Shown: piece after piece, positions 25,001 to 36,090 of the stretch
How the letters are laid out: the number at the start of each line of letters is the position of its first letter
How positions within the stretch are numbered: position 1 is the stretch's first letter
Translations under genes and position numbers: made by a program
Notes under the pieces: generated by a model
Seen by the model: only the letters and a program-made list of their open reading frames with translations
Told to the model about the DNA's origin: nothing
The model's database searches: none
Assembly: GCA_030141605.1 (NCBI GenBank)
Contig: JAQGDQ010000172.1
Coordinates: 124,001-188,000 of the forward strand
Length of the DNA stretch: 64,000 nt
Source: Tubiluchus corallicola
Lineage: Eukaryota; Animalia; Priapulida
Direction: 5' to 3'

Positions 25001-26580
25001 TTAAAATTAAATTCTAGTTATTTTTTAACTAAAATGTTCATTTCTTGAATTAGATTTTCTTAAAACAAAGCAAATGTATTAAAATTTACTATTAAAATTA
25101 CCAAATTTGTATAATAGTTTAACTAAGCTTTTGTTAGATAAGCTTACGATCACTTGTTCTATTGTTCTATTCTGTACAATCTACTTCTATAATTCTACTC
25201 CAATACAATCATCGTGGCTCCAGATCACGTTCTCCAGTGATTATATCTATACATATATGTGCGAAAACTTAAAGGTGTGAAAGACAAAATTCTGTAATTA
25301 GCCACACAGAATTGAATAATCTACATAGTTGTGCCAAAGTGAATTTGTGCGATATTACAAATACAGTTGTACTATTTCACTGTTGAAAAAATAAGTGGCC
25401 GTCAAAAAGTTGATGTCGTTCCATATCACATTATTACATTTTATTTCGAAAAGATTTGTGGATTTTTTATTTTCGTTGTGAAAAACGTGTATTCAGTTAA
25501 AAAAAGCAAACGTAGTCATATCTAAACTATTGTTGTTTTAAATAATGAACAAAAACTTGATTGATACGAATCGTTTCGCGCATGCTATACATCTCGAAGA
25601 ATGATAAAGTGTTGTAGAAAAAACGAAAAATAAATAAGTAAACAAATAAACAAAACTTGATCTATATACTTGCAGAATTAACTTAATAGCTGTTTGTTAA
25701 CAGGAATCAACTTTATTTTTTAAAAAATACTAAAATTTACACTCTAACATTTTGGCTCTTGTAAGTTACGTCCTGGCGTCCCAGCTCCTATTTTGGTAGC
25801 GAGTCGTCTAGTTTTATTTGACACATCCTACGCCGAAACTTCTTCACCGCCGAATAAATTTCCCGGTTCGCGTCACCGGATACGACAAATTTGCAAACTC
25901 ACTGGATCCGGTTTCGGCAGTCGGCAGCCGAACTGGGTTCCGATGACGCGCTGATCAAACAGCTGAAATTCAACAGGGCGACCGTAAATCATAACAAACT
26001 GCGAGGGGAAGCAAAATATAAGAGTGACCATCGCTAGCTGGCAATTAAAGTCTCAGCAAACGGGCCATGGAATAAGGTTTGCTCATGTTGTTAATTGCTT
26101 CAAAAATGGACCGAGAGAATTATCAAAGTTAAATGCTAGTTTTATTTAACTAAAACATTCATTTTTGAATTAGATTATTCTTAAAACAAAGCAATGTATT
26201 AAAATTTAGAATTAAAATCTACAAATCTTAGTAGTATTTATAATCGTTGATAAGTGCTTCAAATAACTGCACTTATTAGATATTTTTATTTTAAATTTAT
26301 TTCATACATTTAAAAGTACATAGTATTATACAAAAAAATTTAAACCGTTCATCTATACTATAAAATTACAATAGAAACTACTAAAATATATACGAAAATA
26401 TACACATATGCGTCCAGTCGCAGCTAGTCACACAAGACATAAATACACAAAACAGATCATTAGAAACAGATCATACAATACACACCAACACAATTGTCCT
26501 ATTCTATACAATCTACATCTATAATTCTACTCCAATACAGTCACTGTGGCTCCAAATCACGTTCTCTAGTGATTACATCT
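25001..26580. repeat. Diverged direct duplication (25001-25230 vs 26121-26580, the second copy with a ~230-bp insert)
   Basis: Shared blocks ttgaattagatt..taaaacaaagca.atgtattaaaattta and tacaatctac.tctataattctactccaataca...atcacgttctc. Confidence 0.85.
25770..26100. promoter_or_regulatory. Candidate Hand upstream enhancer
   Basis: GC/CpG-rich island with a perfect CArG box CCTATTTTGG (25787-25796), a CAGCTG E-box and a Pbx-Hox-type TGATTTAC (minus, 25984-25991). Confidence 0.4.
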
Positions 26581-26876
26581 GTAGTTCTGTATTATCGTCA
26601 TCCATTTTTTACTTGTAAGTCACCGAAATACCATTTGCTGCTGCAGCCACTGCCGTGCTCGAGTCATCACAGTCATCAGCATCATCAACAGCGACAGCAG
26701 TAGCGTGTGCAACAGACCATTATGGTCTCTAACAAGTTTCCAATATATCTCTATCATGGTGTTTTTTAAAGGGCAGACTAATCTTATTAGTTGAGCGGCT
26801 ACAATTATTATTAGATTCATTGCGTTTAAAATTTTAGTCTGTGTTTCTGTATGAATATTATAGACGCGGAAATTGC

Positions 26877-27435
26877 TTTACTGCAGAGTTGAAACTGGAT
26901 AATTATGAACAACAGACATTATAACATTAACAAATATGTACTCAGGATAAGAACGGGCGCCAATTGCAACATAAAATATACAGCACACGATCTCAGAAGT
27001 TAGGCTCATGACAATTGCAAAATATTGTTTATATGTTGTGTAAAACAAAGAAAACCAACGTCCATCAAATCAGTTAAAGAGATGCTTTTAATTATGATTG
27101 GCCAGAATTAATATACTTTCCCGTTTATACTAAAGAAATTTACTGCAGAGTTCAAATTGGATCATTATGATTATCAGATATCGTAAAATTAACAAATATA
27201 TGTGTTCAACAAGAACGGGCGCGAAGTGTAGCATAAAACATACAACATACGATGTCAGAAGTTAAATGAATTGTTTTAAATAATGAACAGAAGTTAGGCT
27301 CATGACAAACCCAATGAAAAATATTGTTTACAGGAATGTGTAAAACAAAGAAAACCAATTCCATTAAATCACTCAAAGAGGTGTTTTTAATTATAATTAG
27401 CCAGAATTAATATACCTTGCGGTTTGCACTAAAGC
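26877..27435. repeat. Tandem dimer of a ~260-300-bp unit
   Basis: tttactgcagagtt...aagaacgggcgc...gaagttaggctcatgacaa...tgtgtaaaacaaagaaaaccaa...gccagaattaatatac occurs twice. Confidence 0.9.
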
Positions 27436-27464
27436 AAAAAGGTAATGTTGAAAAATTGTCAATA

Positions 27465-27530
27465 CATTGGGACCTGAACCCGAGATCAGTGGATTACGCC
27501 TGCTTGTTCTAACCATATGAGCTAATGGCA
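27465..27530 (-). mobile_element. tRNA-derived SINE head
   Basis: Minus strand tagctcatatggttaga (A box)...gggttcaggtccc (B-box-like). Confidence 0.6.
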
Positions 27531-28569
27531 GTAAAAACATATTTTAGAGAGAAATGAAAAGTGCTTATCAGATAAATAAGAGTAATAAAGTTGAATTCTT
27601 AGGTTTAGTTAAATTGTTCTAATCATTCGGATATTAGAGATTTATATAGCTTATTTACTTTTAAGATTTTTTCCGGTGATAATATACACGTTAATCCTGC
27701 ATCTTAAGATGTTTTCTATTTTATGTGACATATGCTGATAGATTTTAGGAAACATACATTACAAGTATGTGCACATTTATGCATGTCAGTCAAAAAAAGT
27801 ATCTAGCAACTTACTTACAAATCGTTCTAAACACTTGTATTTGCTTTTAAGCAGGCATCAATCATCAGTGCATGAGCAGATTCCAGTTATCTTTACACTT
27901 GTGAGTCGTGACTTGATGACTACCTCTTTTGAGTCTGAGCCAAGTGATGAGGCGTTAATTACGTAACACAAACTAATTAAGCCAGTTTATAATCTGGACG
28001 TGTGCCTCCCACTCCGCCCTAGAGGCAGTAATCAGTTGACACTTTCTAATCAAACATAGTACTCAGGTCAGATGACTAGCATATGGTCCTAAAGAAGATT
28101 TTGACCAGCTGCAGGAAACTTTATTGACATCAGGAGACGATGAAGGGGATTGCTTTAAATGCTTTATATTATCTCTACTAGGAACTATAATTGTCAGCTT
28201 AGCTTGTCTCATGATGTTTTGACTGGGTAATCGTAAACAACTGCTCGAACAATTAAGTGACCAATCCAGAGAATATTTCAGTATTTTACTGTGCTGGTAG
28301 TTAGTCAGTCAATCAGGCAGTCGATCTATCGGTCAGTAAGTACAGTCACTCGAACAACTGGTGTACAAAACAATACATGTCATAAAAATAATGTACATAT
28401 CTTGAGAGAAACACAAAAACATTATACCATCAGCCTATCATACAGTTCAATCATCTCTATTAAGGACTGTTGGTATATAAAACAATATAATTATATCATA
28501 CGCAGATAATACAAATACGCATCTTTAAATAAACACATAACATATACAAATAGCATCAAATACCATGAT

Positions 28570-28800
28570 TTTACAATAATTTTAATAATGAACTGAGTAG
28601 ATATAATGTTGTTCTTAATGAATTAGTGGGCAAATAAAGTTTGAACAAGAGCTGATCTTATCATTTTGATGGGTTGGATACCATCTTTCCACTGTGTGTT
28701 TTGTAATTATTTTTTTAATTTTGCTAATGATTCTGATTTCTAATTTTGACTAATAACGAGTTCTGGGGAAAAAGCTTGGATTTTTTAAGGGTGGAGGTAA
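28570..28800 (-). mobile_element. Highly decayed LINE (CR1/L2-like) pre-RT fragment
   Basis: Broken frames give SFF..., HSGKDGIQP..., resembling the K.S.G.DGI motif. Confidence 0.35.
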
Positions 28801-30519
28801 GACCCAAGACGCATAATAATGGGTAACTCTAAAACTGTAAAAACAAGAGTCACGAAACTTGCAATGTAAACACCTGGGGTAGGAGCTCAGACAAAAATGT
28901 AGACCAAAATATCAAATAAAAAAATCTGGGATTGTTTAAAGGGGCCAAAATGTGAAAATTAGGGCAGCGGCTTTGTCCCCAATCGTAATCTTAAATAACT
29001 CTAAAATCGTGGTGCGCAGTTTTAATTTTTTTTCTACACACCCATCTACCTCACAATACACAGAAAAAAATTAAAATTCAACTCAAAATCTAGTAAGATA
29101 TAAATATCTTGCGTTTTCTTCTATAACATTAATTGCAAACAATATACATAGTTAGATTACATAGTACAGTTAGAATGTGCGGTTTGTTTGATTACGAAAA
29201 AGTCGCAAAAGTTCTAACAGCTAAAGCATGTTAATGTTCTTATGGGTCCCAAAAATCGCATAGCCAGTACTTTTGCAAGAAAGAGTTAGTACTTCCAAAC
29301 CAAGAATTACCCAGATTTGGAATTTTGTTTCGGACTTGCATAGAAAAGCATTAGTATGTATTTTAGAATAAATAACTCGTAATGAATAGCTTAATGCCAT
29401 TGGTAGTACCAGGTAATGCTATTAGGTTTTCCCGGACGCTTCCGGCTTTGCTTTTTATGAAAATAAATGAACCCATGGCGTTAGCAAGAGCTTTTCTTAC
29501 ACAGATAATAAAGAATCTTAGACTTAAACGAAACTAGCTTGACTGACTGTTTGAAGTGCTCTTACCAAATGTTTTGACTACACATGTTAAAGTGGAACAT
29601 TTTAGCGCTATACCTGTATAAAAATATAATTACCACATTGTACATGCTACGAAATAAAAACTTTCTAATTGTATTTTTTAATTAAATAACAAAATAATTG
29701 TATTTATTATTAATAAATAATAATAATAATAATTAATTCGCCCCCCCCGTCCCTCCCGGTGGGCCCATTTCAAAAAATAAGACCCCAATGGCAAATCTGT
29801 GGGTCCGAACCTTTCGTTTGATGTATAGACAGCCGAAAATGGTGCAGTCGTTGGAGCTGTAGCCTCGTCGGTTCCAGCACTAGGTTTTGGACTTGGAAAC
29901 CTTCCTGCCAAGAGCTTTACTGTTGTAGTTGACTTTGTTGAATATAACGGTGTTTAAGCTACTATTACTAGTTATATATAAAAAGAAACAATAAAAAATG
30001 TATTACGGGTAAAATTTAATAAATATCCAAAACAATTGCTTATCTTCATATTGATAATCACATAACACAGTGCACGTATACTATAAAAGTAACAAAATAA
30101 TTATTATAAGCTATACGATGTAAATATCTACCAGACACAGTAGACTTCCCACATTTCAGACTTTAATATATCTTTCTGAGTTGCTTGATTAAGAATTGCC
30201 GAATCTTGGCAACAAAAAACCGGTTTTTACGGGATCAGCATAACTCACAAGTTTTGTTTGGTAAATAAACTGCTATTTAATAAACGCGAGATAACTACAA
30301 CAGGCCTTTTTTGACTTTTCACTCTATGCCAGTGATCTATAGGCTTTTATAGGCTGATCGGAGAACAGTTTGTTGGGGAAATATTTGCAACACAAATACT
30401 TTTCGTGGTTTCCTGAATCAGGACGTTACAGAGTAGAGTATTTCAGAAAAATTCCACCTCGTTTGGCTTTGTGGAAAATTTTTGGGTCTGGTGGAATTTT
30501 TAGGACCTTCCCGCTCAAC

Positions 30520-31789
30520 ATTAGCCTTAGCAAACATGTCATTAATAATCTTTTTATAAGCATTTAATGCCGTGTATCTCTTACATTAGCCTTAGCAACC
30601 ATGTTGTTTCTAACCTTTTATGAGCATCTAATGCCGTAAATCTCTTATAACAACTCAAAATGTCACGGCTTATTTTGTTTGGCTCAGCCCTAAGCACGGT
30701 AGACCGTTCAAATCAACTATAATTATTTTGTTCTGTGACTTGAAAAGGCCTTTCTTTGTTTATAACGTAGACCTGCTGGTAGCATCAATGAATGAAGTGT
30801 TTGGAAAAGTTAACATATGCAGCTGTAGCTGACTCGACAGGCTTGTGTGCATTGCTATAAATCTTTTATTTCTGAACCCGTGTTAATTATTACGAGCTTA
30901 CCAAAGAAAATCGAAAACGAATCCTGATACAGAGTAGATGTAGCTCCATAACACATTGAAGATTTCTGGTTCTACACAGATAATTAACCAAATTCTGAAG
31001 GCTTGTTAAAAGAACAAAAATTGATGCATTTGCAGACCTGTTTAAGAATCGACACTAGTAATGCCATCAGCAGTAGAGAATAGTTGGGTAATAACTCCAC
31101 CAGGGCTGTAGCGTCTGATTTCATGAATGATACTCGCACCTCAGCTCCTGGCTAAATTAGTAATTTGCAACTGCAAAAAGGTTGCATGCATAGTAAACGA
31201 GTTGCAAACTGACAGGCTGGTCACTTATGCTATCAAGCAATTGTGACGTAAGCAATTGCTCGAACATTGGAAATGAAGAAATAATGATGAAGAAGAATCG
31301 GTCAGTTTATAATGGCAGCCAGCCCTATTATCAGTAACGTTACAAGATAAGTACGTTTATACACCCGTTTTACATTCAGTTCTTATAATAAACGAAATAG
31401 TTCTTTCCTAATTGCAAGATTTTGGCGATTTTGTGCAAGAAACTGTAGATACTTTGGTGACTAGAACGTGCAGAGTATTTAATGCTGTGTACTAAAGCTG
31501 CTATTACATAGTTGCTAGGGTAAACAATTTTCACATCGTTACTATAACAACTATTGCCTCACCTCTGTGTTAAGAGCTGTTGTGAGTTAGTTTGATTTGA
31601 AAATCGAGGTTTCCTAAACTATTTTTCAATCACACCTTGTTATCTGTGCCGTTGCTACAATAAACAGTAACCATGGCAACCAACTTATGACAATGCATTT
31701 TACACTTGATAGCCATATATAATAACGTAGATATTACGGCATTAGATGCTCATAAAAAGGTCAGTAATGACATGGTTGCTAAGGCTAAT
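30520..31789. mobile_element. Inverted-repeat-bounded element
   Basis: A 65-bp unit occurs twice in tandem (30520, 30585) and once inverted (31729-31789). Interior 30925-31370 recurs at 35660-35995. Confidence 0.65.
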
Positions 31790-32280
31790 CTCCATGGGAC
31801 AGTTACTTGAACCGAAATAACTTCGCGTTTTGCACATTGATGAACTATTGAGATTTGATCGCTTGAAGATGTAGCATTCATCAGACAAACATGATAGACT
31901 TAAGCAGGTAAAATGTAAAACATGCACTAAAAGCCAGGTGTTGTTATATATTTGATAATGTTTTAATGGGATAGGGGTGCATTCTCGCACCATTTTTGCG
32001 AGGGAACGCAAAACCTTGCAAGGAATGCTGGCAAAAAATTTCAAACAAATTTTCTTCTTCCATATCACCTTAGGGGCTAAGCAGGTCTTTTCATGGATTA
32101 CAATAAAAATAAAACCACCTAACTAAAAAAACATCTAATCAGCCAACCGGTTAACCACTGCTCGGGCTGTGTGACTATCGGCTGTGTTACCATTGTTACT
32201 TATTATTTTTCATAAAAGAAAAGTGAGTAAAAGAAGAACAGAAGCAGGGAGAAAAGGTACAAGAGAGGAAGAAAAAGAGG

Positions 32281-32283
<3 letters not shown>

Positions 32284-32329
<46 letters not shown>
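32284..32329. repeat. (AG)n microsatellite
   Basis: Visible. Confidence 0.95.
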
Positions 32330-32333
<4 letters not shown>

Positions 32334-34189
32334 AAAGAAAGAGGAGAAAAAAGGGAGAGACCGAAGTAGAAAGAAAGCTTGGACGTCGGCATGTCTTGTC
32401 TTGACGGCAGGTTCTCTTTTTCTGGGGTAATATAGCATAACAAGTTACTCAATTGTTGAGTGTGCTCGCCAAATGATATCATCAGTAGGGACAAAATTTC
32501 AGCTTGGCGACTGACCAGTGCCCAGTGTTGTGACTAGGCGTTCGTCAGCCGAACTGTTCGCGACGCCAAACACAGATTGTGCAGTGTTACAGCGTCAGAC
32601 CTACAAATGTCTGAATGTTACAAGGAAAGAAATCACAACAATGTTTTGATTGTGTAAGTCAAGTCTTAGTGTTGCCTAATCAAATTTGAATCGGTGTCTC
32701 TTTCATAAAATGTGAAAAGAAATAAAAGCTTCAAGTCGGAGACTAAGCGGCCTGGAACTGAGGTATAATTTGCTACTAATTCCTTATCAGGACTGGTGGT
32801 GGGCAGAGCTATGGCTTCTGTTGCACTTAAGTTTGTTGGTGTTTAATTTTTAACCGCACAGCTTTTACACATCTGGCGAGTCCAGTAGAACCGGTTACTC
32901 GAGAAAAGTAAACAGTTAATAGTTTCAAGTTAAAAGTCACTTATATAGTAGTCTATATAATGCTGTCTATTTGTCTGAGCAACTATAAACGAGAAGGTTT
33001 GTCCATTTTTGGTCAGATAGTTGCTTGCATGCTCGCATTTGTAACTAGTGACTTTTTACATGTCCCGAAAGCCAATTGAGTCACACGCATGGGCTAAAGT
33101 AAATCACCATTAAAGAAGAAAATAGGTAGTTATAGAAGTCTTCATTAAAATCAGAAAACGTTAATCTTATGTTTAAATCTCGTTCGAATTCCACCGGAGG
33201 CATTTCAGTCACAAAAAAATAAAAAATGTATCAAATGAAAGTCAACTCGACACGTGGTTTTAATTTGCGGTATATAATGTATAAGTACGGTAACATTTAT
33301 TATGAATTAGCTCATTCGTGTGGTTATGTAAATGCACAAACTTTTAATACAAGTAGCCTGAGAAAAGCTACAGTTGTAATGATGATTAAAGCTGTCTTGT
33401 GAAACATAGATTAATATTTTTCAACAAATATAAATTGTCATGTATGTAGTTAACTACTTACATGTACTTTGTGTGCTTAAATAAATGTATTCTTTTGTTC
33501 CTGAAAAGTTATATAATTGTATTGTATGGTTGTTTTAGTGCAATATTTTCCTGAGTTTGTTGTTTTGTAATATTTTGTATATATTGACTTCATTTGTTTT
33601 GTTATTGTCATGACTTTTTATAACTGAACTATTGAAATGTCATATATTATAGCATTATGACAACTCTCGCCAATATATGTTGCGTACAAACACAACCATA
33701 GCTTTACAAATAGATGATCTTGAATAATGGATTGTGTGTATATTATGCAGAAATACTCTCCAGGTTTAGTTTTTTGTTGTGCATTACCTAACGCATTACG
33801 AGAATTTCATTTATAACGGGATCCAGTGAATGGTGCCCCAAGGCCTGGCTAGCGTAATGTCAAGCGCAAAGAGTAGCTGGCTAGAATTCGATCACGCTCT
33901 CAACAGGTCAACGTGTTTCCATAAAATCACGGTAGTCATACAAGTGAGCACAAAAAGTTTGTTTTTCCGATTATTACTTGATTAAACATATCATGACTAT
34001 ATTATTTTCTTTACTTCGGTTCGTATACGTTACATGTCCTCAGCCATAAGAATGCCTAATAAAACAAGTTATAAAAAGATAAACTTGCTATTTATCATTA
34101 TTAAAATATTAAAAAAAGAAAGTAGTTTAAAAATATTTACATAAATGTTATTAATATTCACAGTTAACAGTATACTAAAATGTCATTCG

Positions 34190-34440
34190 AATGCACAAAA
34201 ATTTTAGAGCATATCAAAACATCTGTATGTTAAATTACATGTTTTAAAGAAACCATTAAAAAGTGTCAAACACGGCATCTGAGAAAATGTACATTTACGC
34301 AAAATAGTTTTAAAATGGTTAATATCGTTTTCTACACTAATTGTAGAAGCTCGAGTATCATTTACATGCTTTAGGCATCCTGGATTTGCCATAAAATGTC
34401 CAAATGATAAATTCAATTAATAATTAGTTCGAAAAGTTTG
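34190..34440 (-). mobile_element. 3' end of an RTE-X-like LINE
   Basis: DTRASTISVENDINHFKTILRKCTFS parallels DTSARYIFTRLNLIYFDVIHRKCAYS at 52940..53275. Confidence 0.5.
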
Positions 34441-34994
34441 CCAAGTATATATAATCATTCACATTTTCATCAAAATTTGACCGCTCACGTTACAAACGTT
34501 TTTAAAAGAATTTTGTGTAAAAGGGAGTTTGTGTAAAAATGCTTCTCATAGAAATAACATTACCAACACTTTTCCGTGTAACTCATGCATCCATGGTTTC
34601 GCAATCACAAACAATGAAAAACTTACAAATATTGTGTTCTAGTCCGCAACCCCATACATCTACCTAAATAAACGGAAATCAAATTCCGACTCTCGGCACC
34701 TTCGTCAAAATCGACTTTTACTTGTGTTTCACAGGCCGCTACCTGGACTGGAAAGATTATATCTCTCCTTTGCAGACGTCGCGAATGCAAAGAATTAATG
34801 ATGCGAAACAACAAAGATAAACAGGATCATTTAACTCAAATAGCTTGTTACAGCCAGGCGATGGGGTAATGAATTCCACGGTTCATGAGCGTTTTAAGTT
34901 TTAACTGTGCAATAAAACGTGCTTGATACCGTCTTCATTGAAATAATCAATCCGTTAATCAGGTTTTTAACAAAGCAGAGTGTTGTTGCTGATC

Positions 34995-35185
34995 AGTGAT
35001 GATGATGAAGATGGTGATGGTAGTGACGGTGACAGTGATGATGATGATGGTGGTGGTGATGATGATGATGATGATGTTGTTGTTGTTTTATTTGTGATGA
35101 TATTGGTGATGATGATGATGGTAGTGGTGATAATGACGGAGAAGGTAGGAAAAATGATAGTGACGATAATGGCAGTAATTATTGA
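34995..35185. repeat. (GAT/GGT)n low-complexity tract
   Basis: Visible; explains the poly-D and poly-S ORFs. Confidence 0.9.
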
Positions 35186-35659
35186 TGTCACGAGCGCCAA
35201 CTTTACTCCCTTCCAACTGATTTTTGCTTTTAACTTGGGCGTATGTATTGACGGGAATTCACAAATCGTAAAGGTTGCATCCAAGTAATTTGGGTTTTGC
35301 ACATAAACACTAATTTTCTCTTATGACATTATATTTGATGGGCGAATAAATATATGGATTTTTGACGCTCTACGTTGTAAAGTTTTTGAAGAAAAAGAGT
35401 TTATAACGTGCAGGCATATCTCGACTAGATGTAGAGTGTCAGATATTTCAGTACTGATTTCAGATCGAATTTAACAACGAATTTAACTTATAGCACAAAA
35501 TTTTTATTGTCAAATAAATAATAAAAACTTTATAAATATTGTGTAAAATATTGTGAGACTTTGCGTAAAAATGCTTGTGGCATGTTATGTGTTCTATTAT
35601 GCAAAGACTACTAGGTTTAGCTCTCCGTAACAAAACACCTAATGAAGTAAAAACAAAAC

Positions 35660-36090
35660 ATACAGGTGTAGCTATATGATGTCTACATCGCTCCAGCGCA
35701 ATGAAGATTTCTGGTTCTACAAAGATAATTAACCACCTTCTGAGGCCTCTGCGTTCACTAGGACTATTAAAAGAACAAACTTTGCTACATTTGGAGGCCT
35801 GATCAAGAATCAACACTTTTTTACCATCATCAGTAGCGAATGGCTGGATAATAACTCCGTCGGGGCTATGGTACCCCATTTAATGAATTATGTCTCGGCT
35901 ACTGGTGGAATACTGAATAAGAAGAATCGGTCAGTTTATGGCAGTCACATTATCAGTTACGGTTGTTAGATAAGTGCGTTTATACACCCGTTTACAATTA
36001 ACGGAGGGAATTTTTCTGGAATACTACGTACCATACTGATTCAGAAAAAACAAAAAGCATTTGTTTTTGCGATTAATTACCACAAGTCGG
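35660..36090. repeat. Composite copy of 30.4-31.4 kb sequences
   Basis: 35660-35995 is a diverged direct copy of 30925-31370. 36000-36090 is an inverted copy of ~30370-30465. Confidence 0.8.

Noticed and set aside
15830-27530. tRNA genes at ~15830 and ~27465
   Set aside because: A/B boxes are present but the stems do not form a cloverleaf; treated as SINE heads.
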